In this document: in pieces, positions 28,075-37,963 of the stretch
Layout of the letters: each line of letters begins with the position of its first letter
How positions within the stretch are numbered: the stretch's first letter is position 1
Origin: Bacteroidales bacterium
GTDB taxonomy: Bacteria > Bacteroidota > Bacteroidia > Bacteroidales > Muribaculaceae
DNA: 64,000 bases
Assembly (NCBI GenBank): GCA_900769345.1
Contig: CAAGGJ010000164.1
Span: 15,654-79,653 of the forward strand
Direction: 5' to 3'
The notes under the pieces: model-generated
The model's input: only the letters and a program-made list of their open reading frames with translations
Told to the model about the DNA's origin: nothing
The model's database searches: none
Made by a program: the position numbers and the translations under genes

Positions 28075-29445
28075 TCAATCGCGCTTCTTCAGACGCATGG
28101 CACTTACTACGGCGGCGATTAGCGCCATAGCTATGCCTACTATGAGGCATGCGGTGCTTTGGTTCTGCTCATCGAAGATGCGAAACATCAGCGCCGCCAA
28201 TGTGGTGCCGAGTGCCTGTCCCACCACTCGCGCCGTGCCGAGCATACCGCTGGCACCGCCACTGCGATGCTTGGGTGCCGCGCTGACCAATGTAACATTG
28301 TTTGGCGTCTGAAATAGACCGAATCCCACTCCGCAAAGCACCAATCTCCACACCAATTGCCACGCCGGCTCGCCGGCGCCGAAGGTGAGCAGCGACACAA
28401 ATCCGAGCGCAAACAGGCACATTCCTACGGCACATATTGCGCCGGCTCGGTAGCGCGCCACCAATTTGCCCGCCAACGGGGCTGTAATCATAGTGGCTAT
28501 GGGCCACGGCGTGATAGTGACACCTATCGCCACAGCATCGTAGTGCAACACATAGTGCATATAGAACGGTAAGGCTATGTAGGCAAGACTCTGCGCTGTG
28601 TAGGAGCAAATCGAGGTGAGCACCGACAGCGAAAATATGCTGTTGCGCATCAAGTCGACCGGAAACAAGGGTGTGGCAAGACGCATCTCGCGTCGCAAAT
28701 ATGCCGCACATATCACTGCCGCAGCCAACAATTCGCTCACCCAAAGCACCACATTCTTGCCTTGAGCAAAAGTATCCACTCCCAAAAACACCAAACAGAA
28801 AAACACCGCATTATACACAGCTCCCAAGCCATCGAAACTGCGTTTCACGCCCTCGGGAAGCGGTGGATTTTGGGGCAACAGCGCCACGCCTATAACAAGC
28901 GACAGCACTGCTATGGGCACATTGATAAGAAACAACCAATGCCATGTGAGATATTGCAAAATCACGCCGGCCAGCGCCGGTCCGGCTGCCGAACTCACCG
29001 CCACCACCATGGCATTCAGTCCCATTGCCATTCCGAGTCGCTCTCGCGGAAATATGATGCGCACCAGTGCCGTGTTAACGCCCATAACGCATGCCGCACC
29101 CACTCCTTGCACCATGCGACCCGCTATGAGCGCACCAAAGCCCGACGCAGCACCGCATATCACCGAACCCACACCGAAAAGTATGGCTCCCGCCACAAAC
29201 ACGCGCCGATAACCCCAAATGTCGCCAAGAAGCGAAAATGTGAGCATAAGCATGGGTATGAGCATAAGATAACTGTTCACCACCCAAGTGATGGCCGAAT
29301 CACTTACGCCGAAAGTGACAGCCAATGCCGGCAATGCCACATTCACTATGGTGGCATCGAGCACATTGAGCATAATCACGCACATCACAGCCGACGCTGC
29401 TAAATATTGTCGCATCGATGAGTGTATTTCGTTTGTTTTCTTCAT
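28075..29445 (-). CDS. MFS transporter (drug:H+ antiporter-like)
   Basis: 456 aa and hydrophobic throughout, with about 12-14 predicted helices. The MFS-like motif GDIWGYRRV follows TM2. Confidence 0.85.
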   Translation of the reverse strand: MKKTNEIHSSMRQYLAASAVMCVIMLNVLDATIVNVALPALAVTFGVSDSAITWVVNSYLMLIPMLMLTFSLLGDIWGYRRVFVAGAILFGVGSVICGAASGFGALIAGRMVQGVGAACVMGVNTALVRIIFPRERLGMAMGLNAMVVAVSSAAGPALAGVILQYLTWHWLFLINVPIAVLSLVIGVALLPQNPPLPEGVKRSFDGLGAVYNAVFFCLVFLGVDTFAQGKNVVLWVSELLAAAVICAAYLRREMRLATPLFPVDLMRNSIFSLSVLTSICSYTAQSLAYIALPFYMHYVLHYDAVAIGVTITPWPIATMITAPLAGKLVARYRAGAICAVGMCLFALGFVSLLTFGAGEPAWQLVWRLVLCGVGFGLFQTPNNVTLVSAAPKHRSGGASGMLGTARVVGQALGTTLAALMFRIFDEQNQSTACLIVGIAMALIAAVVSAMRLKKRD

Positions 29446-29499
29446 CTTATTAATGCAAAACCGGAAACAGAAAACCTCGTTTCCCCTCTATTACGCCTG

Positions 29500-29507
29500 C
29501 AAAGTTA
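29500..29507 (-). promoter_or_regulatory. candidate -7 promoter box for the MFS gene
   Basis: The minus strand reads TAACTTTG, 55 nt upstream of the ATG at 29445. Confidence 0.4.
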
Positions 29508-29608
29508 CAAAAAACTTGGCTTAACGATAAAGTTTTTACGACCCGAGAAATGCGGAGTCCGACATCGAAATAACCTTCTAACCTTTTGCTTGAGTGAAGA
29601 ATAATGAT

Positions 29609-29616
29609 TAATTTTG
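29609..29616 (+). promoter_or_regulatory. candidate -7 promoter box
   Basis: TAATTTTG lies 27 nt upstream of the ATG at 29643. Confidence 0.4.
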
Positions 29617-29642
29617 CCTAAAATTAGCAATTGTATAGAAAT

Positions 29643-30938
29643 ATGAAAAGAATCTGTGTTATTGTCGCAATAATGGCAAGCAGTGCCATTATCTGCGCTC
29701 AACAGGCTGACCAATATGGGTTTAGCAGCATTATCGAGCCATATCGCTGGGCCGATAACACACCCAAAGGATGCCCGTTCAAGCCATCGAAGACATTCAG
29801 CGAAATAGTATTCACCGGACGATTTGCCAATTACACCAATGCCGATACTTGGTATCCCTCTTGGGCCGATGACGACTGCCTCTATTCTCCCTGGACCGAT
29901 GGTTATCTGCTTAACGACAGCCTCGACCACTATTATCCCTATCGTTATCCCGACCCCGAACACTCTTGCTACTCACTGCACCGCACCGACCTATTGGGCA
30001 ATCATCGTAACCCTTCTACTGCGCAAGCCAAGATAGTGGGCAACGACCCTATGAATCTGCAAGTTATCGACCTAAAGCCCGAAATTGAGGGCAATCCGGC
30101 ACCCTACGGCGGACGATATCCATGCGGATCGTTGGTGCACAACGGTGTGTGGTATTATGGCACATATTGCCTCACCAACCGCAGCGACTCAAACTGCAAC
30201 GGTGTGGGATGGACGCAATTCGGTCCTTTCGTGGGATTCCGCATCTCTACCGACTATGGCAAAACATGGTCCGACTCGCCTTGCACCCCATCTCAACCAC
30301 TCTTCGGCGAAAATCCTGCTGTGGCACCTATAAAAATCGGGGCGCCTCACTTTGTGGATTTCGGCAAAAACATGCAATATTCGCCCGACGGTTATGCCTA
30401 CCTTGTGGCTCACGGAGCATCTACTATGGAGGCTTGGAATGGATGGATTCAAGGCGACGAAATCTATCTGATTCGCGTGCGCCCTTCGGTGGAAAACATC
30501 AATAACCCCAAAGCCTATGAGTTCTACGGCGGCACCGACAAAAAAGGTCGCCCGGTGTGGACCAAGGATTTCTCCGCCATTCGTCCTTTACTCAAATGGG
30601 ACGGTCGACTGGGTTGTGTAACCATCACCTACAACCCGGGCATCAAGAAATATTTGATGTGCATCACTCGCGGCTACCGCAATCTACCTTGGGAAAACGG
30701 CCGTTACGACACTATGATTCTCGAATCGGACCACATCGACCGCGATTGGCGCTTACTCAAATACCTCGACCGCTTTGGACCCGTGGCTTACTTCGTTAAC
30801 ATCCCGTCGAAATTCATCTCACCCGACGGCAAAACCATGTGGCTGTGCTATTCAGCCAATTGGCACAACAAGCACGCATTCGGCGCTCCTTATGGTAGCC
30901 AATATTCAATGTCGTTGCACGAATTTTATATCGAATAA
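29643..30938 (+). CDS. secreted Asp-box (BNR) beta-propeller protein, possibly a DUF4185-like glycoside hydrolase
   Basis: The start is moved to ATG 29643 (MKRICVIVAIMASSAIICAQQ signal peptide); the track start at 29631 is a TTG. One clear Asp-box is present, STDYGKTWSD (SxDxGxTW). The protein is Trp/Tyr-rich and propeller-like. The family assignment is tentative. Confidence 0.6.
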   Translation: MKRICVIVAIMASSAIICAQQADQYGFSSIIEPYRWADNTPKGCPFKPSKTFSEIVFTGRFANYTNADTWYPSWADDDCLYSPWTDGYLLNDSLDHYYPYRYPDPEHSCYSLHRTDLLGNHRNPSTAQAKIVGNDPMNLQVIDLKPEIEGNPAPYGGRYPCGSLVHNGVWYYGTYCLTNRSDSNCNGVGWTQFGPFVGFRISTDYGKTWSDSPCTPSQPLFGENPAVAPIKIGAPHFVDFGKNMQYSPDGYAYLVAHGASTMEAWNGWIQGDEIYLIRVRPSVENINNPKAYEFYGGTDKKGRPVWTKDFSAIRPLLKWDGRLGCVTITYNPGIKKYLMCITRGYRNLPWENGRYDTMILESDHIDRDWRLLKYLDRFGPVAYFVNIPSKFISPDGKTMWLCYSANWHNKHAFGAPYGSQYSMSLHEFYIE

Positions 30939-30963
30939 TCATCATATATCTAACAATAAAGCA

Positions 30964-33213
30964 ATGAATAGAACACTCTGTGTAACGATTGCCTGCTTCA
31001 TGGCACTGAGCATGTATGCCAAGAAAATCGCAATTTATAAAGATGCAAAACAACCCATCGAAAAGCGCGTCGACGACCTACTGAGTCGTATGACTGTGGA
31101 AGAAAAAGTGATGCAGTTATGCTGCTGGTATATGGCAGAAGGAAGCGAAATATACCGTTCGTCGCCCGAACACTCGATGCAAGACATTGAGGACAACATA
31201 ACTAAAGGCTACGGCAGCGTGAGCACCCCAGCCCGTAATCTCTACGCCGAACAATCGGCTGAAATGATAAACAAAATGCAGAAAATTGCCGTCACAAAGA
31301 CGCGATTAGGAATACCCGTGCTGGTGGGCGACGAAGCACTGCACGGCATCGATGTAAAAGGAGCCTGCTGCTTTCCACAGCCCATTGGCATAGCAAGCAC
31401 ATGGGATATCGACCTTATGCAGCGCGTGGCTACTGCCATTGGCAAGGAAGCCTTCTCCACTGGCGTGCGCCAAGTGATGTCACCCGTGCTCGACCTTGGA
31501 CGCGAGCCTCGCCATGGCCGTTTTTACGAGACATTTGGCGAAGACCCACTTCTGGTATCGCTTATGGGAGGCACTTTTGTGAGCGAAGTGCAACGCCATG
31601 GCGTGGTGTGCACGCCCAAGCACTTCGTAGCCAACTTTGTGGGTGAAGCCGGTCGTGAAGGCGCAAATATGGAAATATCCGAACGTGCTTTGCGCGAATC
31701 GCACTTCGTGCCCTACGAATACGCCGTGCGCCAATGCGGCGCTCTGGGCATTATGACTGCCTATAATGCCGTCGACGGCGTGCCTTGCGCCATCAATAAG
31801 TGGCTTATGCAGGACATACTTCGCGACGAATGGGGATTTCGCGGCATTGTGGTTTCCGACTGGAGCAGCGTACCTCACTTAAAGAACTTCCATCACTGCA
31901 TCGATAGCCTGCAACAAGGCGCCGTGCTGGCTTTGCGCGCCGGTATGGACGTCGACTTGCCTCACGGCGAGAGCTTTATAGCCCTTACACAAGCAGTGAA
32001 AGAAGGGCACCTATCTGAAAGCGAACTCGACGTAAACGTAGGCCGCGTGTTGTGGCTTAAATTCCACTTGGGACTATTCGACAACCCTTATATCGACACC
32101 AAAGTAGGTAAAGAATTGCGCGACTGCGCCGAACATCGCCAACTTGCTCGCCAAATGGCTCGCGAAAGCATTGTTCTGCTCAAAAACGACGGCATTCTCC
32201 CCATCAGCAACAATGTGAAACGAATAGCAGTGTTAGGTCCTAATGCTGCCGAAGTGCGCTTGGGCGGATATACAGCCAACGGTGTAGATGCAATATCGCC
32301 ACTCGATGGCCTTCGCAACATCCTCGGCGACAAAGTAGAACTTGTTTACCAAAAAGGCGCCGGCATATTCAATAGCAAACCCGAAGAAGTTGAGCAAGCC
32401 ATCGAAGCTGTAAAAACTTGCGATATGGCAATACTCTTTATGGGTGGCGACGGCAATAACAGCGGTCAAGGCACCGGAGGCGAAACCGTCGACCGCACCG
32501 ACCTTCGACTTATGGGAAAGCAAGAAGAACTCATCAACAAGGTGGCAGCAACAGGAAAACCCATAGTGGTGGTGCTTGTTGACGGTCGTCCGGTGGTGGT
32601 GAAGCCTTGGCTCGACAAAGTAAACGGCTTGGTTATGATGTGGTACGCCGGCGAGGAAGGCGGCAACGCCATTGCCGAAGTGCTCAGCGGCGACTTCAAC
32701 CCTTCGGGCAAATTGCCTTGCACATTCCCTATGACCACCGGCCAGTGCCCGCTCTACTACAGCTGCTACCCTATGGGCAGAGCCAGCCGCAGTGCCGAAC
32801 TCAATGTGCCTTACGACAACTATCGTTACAATCCCCAATTCCCGTTCGGTTTCGGACTATCGTACACCACCTACAAGTATGACAACGCTACGGTAGTGAA
32901 CAACAACAGCACCTCGCCTGTAATAAAGGTTGAAGTCACCAATTCTGGCTCAAGAGCGGGCAGCGAGGTGGTTCAACTCTATTTAGCAAGCAAAACCCAC
33001 CGTGTTGTACGCCGAGTGAAAGAACTAAAGGCTTTCCGTCGCATACATCTCAAACCGGGCGAAACCAAAACAGTGGAATTCACTCTCGCCGACACCGATT
33101 TTATGTTCCTCAACAAGAAATTGCAGAAAGAAGTGGATGAAGGCACTTACGAAGTAACCATCGGCCCGGACTCTATGAATGGCATTAGCACCACTTTCAA
33201 CGTAAAGAAGTAA
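30964..33213 (+). CDS. glycoside hydrolase family 3 (beta-glucosidase/BglX-like)
   Basis: The start is moved to ATG 30964 (MNRTLCVTIACFMALSMYAKK); the track ORF extension overlaps the previous gene. Motifs are KTRLGIPVLVGDEALHG and the nucleophile motif GIVVSDW. A C-terminal FN3-like domain is present. Confidence 0.9.
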   Translation: MNRTLCVTIACFMALSMYAKKIAIYKDAKQPIEKRVDDLLSRMTVEEKVMQLCCWYMAEGSEIYRSSPEHSMQDIEDNITKGYGSVSTPARNLYAEQSAEMINKMQKIAVTKTRLGIPVLVGDEALHGIDVKGACCFPQPIGIASTWDIDLMQRVATAIGKEAFSTGVRQVMSPVLDLGREPRHGRFYETFGEDPLLVSLMGGTFVSEVQRHGVVCTPKHFVANFVGEAGREGANMEISERALRESHFVPYEYAVRQCGALGIMTAYNAVDGVPCAINKWLMQDILRDEWGFRGIVVSDWSSVPHLKNFHHCIDSLQQGAVLALRAGMDVDLPHGESFIALTQAVKEGHLSESELDVNVGRVLWLKFHLGLFDNPYIDTKVGKELRDCAEHRQLARQMARESIVLLKNDGILPISNNVKRIAVLGPNAAEVRLGGYTANGVDAISPLDGLRNILGDKVELVYQKGAGIFNSKPEEVEQAIEAVKTCDMAILFMGGDGNNSGQGTGGETVDRTDLRLMGKQEELINKVAATGKPIVVVLVDGRPVVVKPWLDKVNGLVMMWYAGEEGGNAIAEVLSGDFNPSGKLPCTFPMTTGQCPLYYSCYPMGRASRSAELNVPYDNYRYNPQFPFGFGLSYTTYKYDNATVVNNNSTSPVIKVEVTNSGSRAGSEVVQLYLASKTHRVVRRVKELKAFRRIHLKPGETKTVEFTLADTDFMFLNKKLQKEVDEGTYEVTIGPDSMNGISTTFNVKK

Positions 33214-33381
33214 ACATTAGCATATTAGCCCAATTGGGACATAACAAATACACATTGCCTACGCAAGCATCGCATGCAAAAACCCAAAGCGATGACAAGC
33301 GCAGGCAATGATGTTTTATATATTGGGCATCTCCGCCCGGAAAATCGTAACAAATCGGCATCCACCCGGCTATGATTGCCG

Positions 33382-34305
33382 TTATTTATTCTTGTTGATA
33401 ATATAAATGCCACCTGCGGCAAGGGCTCCGGCTATCACATATTTCCAATAGAATGGTTCGCTCAAGCACAAACACGAACTGATGGCTCCAACGGGTGGAA
33501 TGAGCGAATTGAATATGGCCACTTTGCCCACAGGATTACAAGTAAGGAGTTTGTTGTAGAGCGCAAATCCTATAGTGGAAATGCTTATGAGTCCGGCGAG
33601 AATAAGGAGTCCGGTGGCGCTCACCACAGGCAAAGTGCCACCCATGGCAAGTCCGGGCACTATGAGCAGTGCTCCACCCACGGCAAGCCCGTAACCGGTG
33701 CCCACAAACACATCGATGCGTCGTCCCAAGCCGCGAGTCATCAGTCCCGCCACAGCCGAACACAGCGCATTGAGCACTATCATGCCATCGCCCAGCCAAG
33801 TAAATCCGCCACTGTCGCCACCGTCGATATTCAGTGCCATTATGCCCAGAAAACCCATCACACAGCCCACTATCTTATTGATGGTAAGGCGGTCGCTCTC
33901 AAAAAACACGCACGCCAGTATCACCAGCGTAAACACGCTCATCGAGTTGAGAATCGCAGCACGCGAGCCGGCACTGTGCGAGAGTCCGAAGTAGAAAAAA
34001 GCGTAGTGCAACGTGGTGTTGAGTAGCGCAAACAGCAGTATGTACCACCAGCTGTGGCGAGTTTTCACAGCGAAACTGCGTCGGGAAGCGCGCGCCACGG
34101 CAAGAATTATCAGTCCCGACATCAAAAAGCGAATACCGGCAAAAAGCATCTTGCTGCCGGTCATGTCGGTGGTAATATGAAACGCTCCGAAGCCGAGTTT
34201 GATGAGCGGATAAGCCCAGCCCCACAAAATGGCGGCAGTGAGCGCAAAAGTCACCACCCAGCCCGGTCTACGGAAGATACTTATTGTAGATTTCGATTCA
34301 TTCAT
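33382..34305 (-). CDS. DMT-superfamily (EamA-like) transporter
   Basis: 307 aa with ten hydrophobic segments arranged as two EamA-like halves. Confidence 0.85.
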   Translation of the reverse strand: MNESKSTISIFRRPGWVVTFALTAAILWGWAYPLIKLGFGAFHITTDMTGSKMLFAGIRFLMSGLIILAVARASRRSFAVKTRHSWWYILLFALLNTTLHYAFFYFGLSHSAGSRAAILNSMSVFTLVILACVFFESDRLTINKIVGCVMGFLGIMALNIDGGDSGGFTWLGDGMIVLNALCSAVAGLMTRGLGRRIDVFVGTGYGLAVGGALLIVPGLAMGGTLPVVSATGLLILAGLISISTIGFALYNKLLTCNPVGKVAIFNSLIPPVGAISSCLCLSEPFYWKYVIAGALAAGGIYIINKNK

Positions 34306-34337
34306 TTACTGTCTGTTGTCACTAAAAAATTGCAGTG

Positions 34338-34345
34338 CAAAGTTA
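34338..34345 (-). promoter_or_regulatory. candidate -7 promoter box for the DMT gene
   Basis: The minus strand reads TAACTTTG, 33 nt upstream of the ATG at 34305. Confidence 0.4.
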
Positions 34346-34683
34346 CACAATATTTTATCTATTTCACCTCATATTACATAAGTTTAGCTCCTGCGCACGA
34401 GACCTGCAGCACCTCGAAAAGCATCTTTTGCCTCTACTTATGGCACATTCTATCGCGAAACTGCGCATTTGGCATTTCCCGCTCAATAAATGCCGTTTTG
34501 ACAAAATAAACGCACTTCCCACAGCAAATAACACCTCTATTGCTCATTTTTGCAACAATATTGTAGCACCACAAGGCTATTTTGAACACCTCCATTAGCC
34601 GTTTTTTCTTTAACATTTATTAATTAACAATATTAATAACACTTTTGTTATCATTATTTAACAATTTATAAGCGACAAAGTAT

Positions 34684-34691
34684 TAAATTTG
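34684..34691 (+). promoter_or_regulatory. candidate -7 promoter box for susC/susD
   Basis: TAAATTTG lies 63 nt upstream of the ATG at 34754, in a very AT-rich tract with repeated TTAACAAT. Confidence 0.4.
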
Positions 34692-34753
34692 CCAAGTTTT
34701 ATTAGCAAAACAAACTACAGTACTATTAAAAAAAACAAGTAAAAACCATCTTT

Positions 34754-37700
34754 ATGAGAAAGACTATTCTTAGACGCTTATGCGTTGGAATCTTGTGTTG
34801 TTTTGCTTTAGGTACTACTTCAGCCTATGCATCGGCCGAAACAGCACCTCAAAGTGTACAACAGAGTTCAAAAGTTAATGGTATCGTAAAAGACAGCAAG
34901 GGCGAGCCCGTGATAGGCGCAAGTGTGCTTGTAAAGGGCACCACTACCGGCGTTTCGACCGACATCGATGGTCGCTTTGCCATCAATGCAAAGGCTAACG
35001 ATATCTTAGTTATCAATTATGTGGGCATGAAGTCAGTGGAAGTTAAGGCTTCTCAAGCTGCCCAAATAGTAATGACTGACGATGCTGCTCAGCTCGACGA
35101 AGTGGTAGTGCTCGGTTATGGTGCAGCCCAAAAGAAGCAAGACCTTTCGGCAGCCGTTGGCGTGGTTCGCGATGCTGAATCGTTGGCTCAACGCCCTGTT
35201 ACTTCTACCGAAGGCATGCTTCAAGGTCAGTTGCCTGGTGTTACCATCGAATCGAATGGTGGCGACCCTACTTCTACTCCAAGCATCGTTATCCGCGGTC
35301 AAGGTTCGCAAAACGGCGACAATGTGCTTTGGGTGGTTGACGGTATCCCCGGCGCTCCTATCCCATCGCTCAGCGACATCGAGAGCATCGTAGTGCTCAA
35401 GGACGCCGCTTCGGCTGCTATCTATGGTGCCACTTCTGGTGCCGGCGGTTGTGTGCTCGTTACCACCAAGAAGGCTCAAGAAGGCAAAGTTTCTATTAGC
35501 TACGACGGCGTTGTAGGTGTGCGTGCAGCAAGCAACCTTCCCAAAGGCTTGAACGCACAACAACAAATAGAAATGCGCAAGATTTCGCACGCTAACGCAG
35601 GTCTTACACTCCCCGACGGCTGGGACACTACCAAGAACCCTTGGGTTGCTACCAACCGCACCGACTGGATGGACGAAATATTCCGCTCTGCGCTTTATCA
35701 CCGTCACAATGTGGCTGTTAACACCGGTACAGAGAACGCCAAGAACCGCATCTCGTTTGCTCTCGACAGCGACGACGGTGTGCTCATCAACACTTGGAAC
35801 CAAAAGACAACCCTCCACTACAACGGTGAATACAAGCTCAACAATTGGGTTACTCTTACCGAAACATTCTCTTGGGTAAACAATAAGAGCCGCTCTAAGG
35901 ACACTAACTCTGGCTACACCGGTGCTATCATCAGCGCCATCATGATGCCAAGTTCAGCTCCTGTTTACGACACTAACGGCAACTATCACGGTGTAACTAC
36001 CGAAAATCCTGAATATGTAGCTAAATACGGCAGCAACTACGCCGACATCCACGGCGACGCCGTTAACCCAGTGCGTATCCTTACCGCTGAAAACCGCTAC
36101 AACCGCACAAGCGACGTTTGGTCGACTACTTCGCTCCAGATTGGCAACATCGTGCCTGGCTTGAAGTTCGTGAGCCGTTTCACCTACAACCTCACCAACA
36201 ACTACTACAAGAACTTCAACCCACGCCGTCCAGAAATCGGTAAGCCACAAGACTTCAACGAACTCGACGAAAGCTCTTACCGCTACAGCCGCTGGATGAC
36301 CGAAAACACTCTTACTTACGACAACACATTCGGCAAGCACACCGTAGGCGCTTTGCTCTCTACTACTGCCGACCACACCTACAGCCGTGGTCTCAGCATC
36401 TATGGTAAGAACATCAGCGACGAATCAGATTACCTTCAGTACATCTCATTTGCCGAAACCACCAGCAACAACGACTACCTCACAGGTCCTGACGCTAACG
36501 TAGCAGTTATCGCTCGTCTCTCTTACTCATTCGACGACCGCTACTTCGCTACCGCTTCATTCCGTCGCGACTACGCAAGCCGTCTGCCTAAGGACAACAA
36601 CTACGGCGACTTCCCTGCTGTGACTGCTGCTTGGAAGATTTCTAACGAAAGCTTCTTCCCTAAGACCGACGCAGTTAACCTCCTCAAGCTTCGTGCTTCT
36701 TGGGGTCGCGTAGGTAACTTGGGCTCTATCGGTTACAACTACAAGAGCGCAGTGCTCAGCAAGACCACTTGGAACGAACTCAGCCAAGCCGGCGTGGAAA
36801 CAGGCGGCATGTGGGGCACAATGTGGTACCTCAACAATGTAGTTAACCCTAACTTGACTTGGGAAACTTCAGAACAATTCGACCTTGGTCTTGATGCAGC
36901 ATTCTTGAACAACCGCCTCAGCGTTGCTCTCGACTACTACAACAAGCGCACATATAACTTGATTCAAACTCAATCGATGAACTGGCCAGGCTACCTCGGC
37001 ATCAGCGCTCAGCTCGTGAACATGGGTGAAGTTCGCAACCGCGGTTTCGAAGCTCAAGTAACTTGGAGTGACAAGGTTAACAAGGACTGGTCGTACTTCG
37101 TAACAGCCAACCTTTCGTACAACGAAAACAAGGTTACCGACATCGGTGTAAAGAGCAGCACAGGCGAGGCAGGTGTATGGACCGGTGGCGGCGGTTTCCG
37201 CAACATCCCTTACATCTATCAAACCACCGAAGGTCAGCCTTTGGGTTCTTACTACCTAATCAACTGCCTCGGCATATTCCAAAGCGACGCAGAAGCAGCT
37301 GCTTACACCAAGGACGGCAAACCAATACAACCTAACGCTGTAGCCGGCGACTTGAAGTTCGAAGACTTCAATAACGATGGCGTAATCGACAGCAAAGACC
37401 GTCAATATATGGGCAACGCTACTCCCGACTGGACCTACTCTCTCACTGCAGGCTTCACTTGGAAAGACCTCTCGGTTAGCGCTATGTTCCAAGGCGTAGG
37501 CGGTGCTCAAGCATTCTATGCTGGTAAGTATATGCTCCTCAGCGACGTTGAAGGTAACTTCAACCGTTCTACCGAAATCCTCAACGCTTGGAGCCCAACT
37601 AACACAGGCAGCGACATCCCTCGTCTTTCGAAAAACGACTTGAACAGCAACTTCTCTACCCCAAGCACTTGGTATCTCGAAGACGCCGACTACTTGCGTA

Positions 37701-37915
37701 TGAAGAACTTGACTGTAACCTACGACTTGACTCGTATCATGCGCAAGTGCTCACACTTCGGTATGCGCAACAGCAACCTTTCGGTTTACTTCAGCGGCGA
37801 AAACCTCTTCACCATCACCAACTATTCGGGTATGGACCCCGAATGTGGCGGCTGGGATGCTTTGAAGTATCCTGTATCTAAGGTTTACTCATTTGGCGTT
37901 AAGTTGACTTACTAA
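34754..37915 (+). CDS. SusC/RagA-family TonB-dependent outer-membrane transporter
   Basis: 1053 aa with a signal peptide and a carboxypeptidase-regulatory-like domain (VNGIVKDSKGEPVIGASVLVKGTTTGVSTDIDGRFAI). A plug and a long barrel follow, ending in an aromatic residue. There is no STN domain, so no trans-envelope sigma/anti-sigma signalling is implied. Confidence 0.95.
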   Translation: MRKTILRRLCVGILCCFALGTTSAYASAETAPQSVQQSSKVNGIVKDSKGEPVIGASVLVKGTTTGVSTDIDGRFAINAKANDILVINYVGMKSVEVKASQAAQIVMTDDAAQLDEVVVLGYGAAQKKQDLSAAVGVVRDAESLAQRPVTSTEGMLQGQLPGVTIESNGGDPTSTPSIVIRGQGSQNGDNVLWVVDGIPGAPIPSLSDIESIVVLKDAASAAIYGATSGAGGCVLVTTKKAQEGKVSISYDGVVGVRAASNLPKGLNAQQQIEMRKISHANAGLTLPDGWDTTKNPWVATNRTDWMDEIFRSALYHRHNVAVNTGTENAKNRISFALDSDDGVLINTWNQKTTLHYNGEYKLNNWVTLTETFSWVNNKSRSKDTNSGYTGAIISAIMMPSSAPVYDTNGNYHGVTTENPEYVAKYGSNYADIHGDAVNPVRILTAENRYNRTSDVWSTTSLQIGNIVPGLKFVSRFTYNLTNNYYKNFNPRRPEIGKPQDFNELDESSYRYSRWMTENTLTYDNTFGKHTVGALLSTTADHTYSRGLSIYGKNISDESDYLQYISFAETTSNNDYLTGPDANVAVIARLSYSFDDRYFATASFRRDYASRLPKDNNYGDFPAVTAAWKISNESFFPKTDAVNLLKLRASWGRVGNLGSIGYNYKSAVLSKTTWNELSQAGVETGGMWGTMWYLNNVVNPNLTWETSEQFDLGLDAAFLNNRLSVALDYYNKRTYNLIQTQSMNWPGYLGISAQLVNMGEVRNRGFEAQVTWSDKVNKDWSYFVTANLSYNENKVTDIGVKSSTGEAGVWTGGGGFRNIPYIYQTTEGQPLGSYYLINCLGIFQSDAEAAAYTKDGKPIQPNAVAGDLKFEDFNNDGVIDSKDRQYMGNATPDWTYSLTAGFTWKDLSVSAMFQGVGGAQAFYAGKYMLLSDVEGNFNRSTEILNAWSPTNTGSDIPRLSKNDLNSNFSTPSTWYLEDADYLRMKNLTVTYDLTRIMRKCSHFGMRNSNLSVYFSGENLFTITNYSGMDPECGGWDALKYPVSKVYSFGVKLTY

Positions 37916-37963
37916 TCGACAGCGAAATTCTTAACATATAATAATTCAAATTTGAAAAGTATT

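Noticed and set aside
30775-30963. 5' extension of the GH3 ORF
   Set aside because: It overlaps the end of the preceding gene in another frame and encodes non-protein-like sequence. A canonical signal peptide begins at ATG 30964.
35033-35818. 261-aa minus-strand ORF, and similar ORFs at 40075..40713, 42976..43740, 49272..49913, 55108..55869, 59972..60646, 62324..62944, 28762..29403 and 33376..34026
   Set aside because: Each is fully embedded antisense to, or out of frame within, a gene with strong family motifs (SusC, EEP, GH92, alkaline phosphatase, hydrolases, GNAT, MFS, DMT). Their compositions are skewed (His/Arg/Cys/Val) as expected for shadow frames at this GC content.
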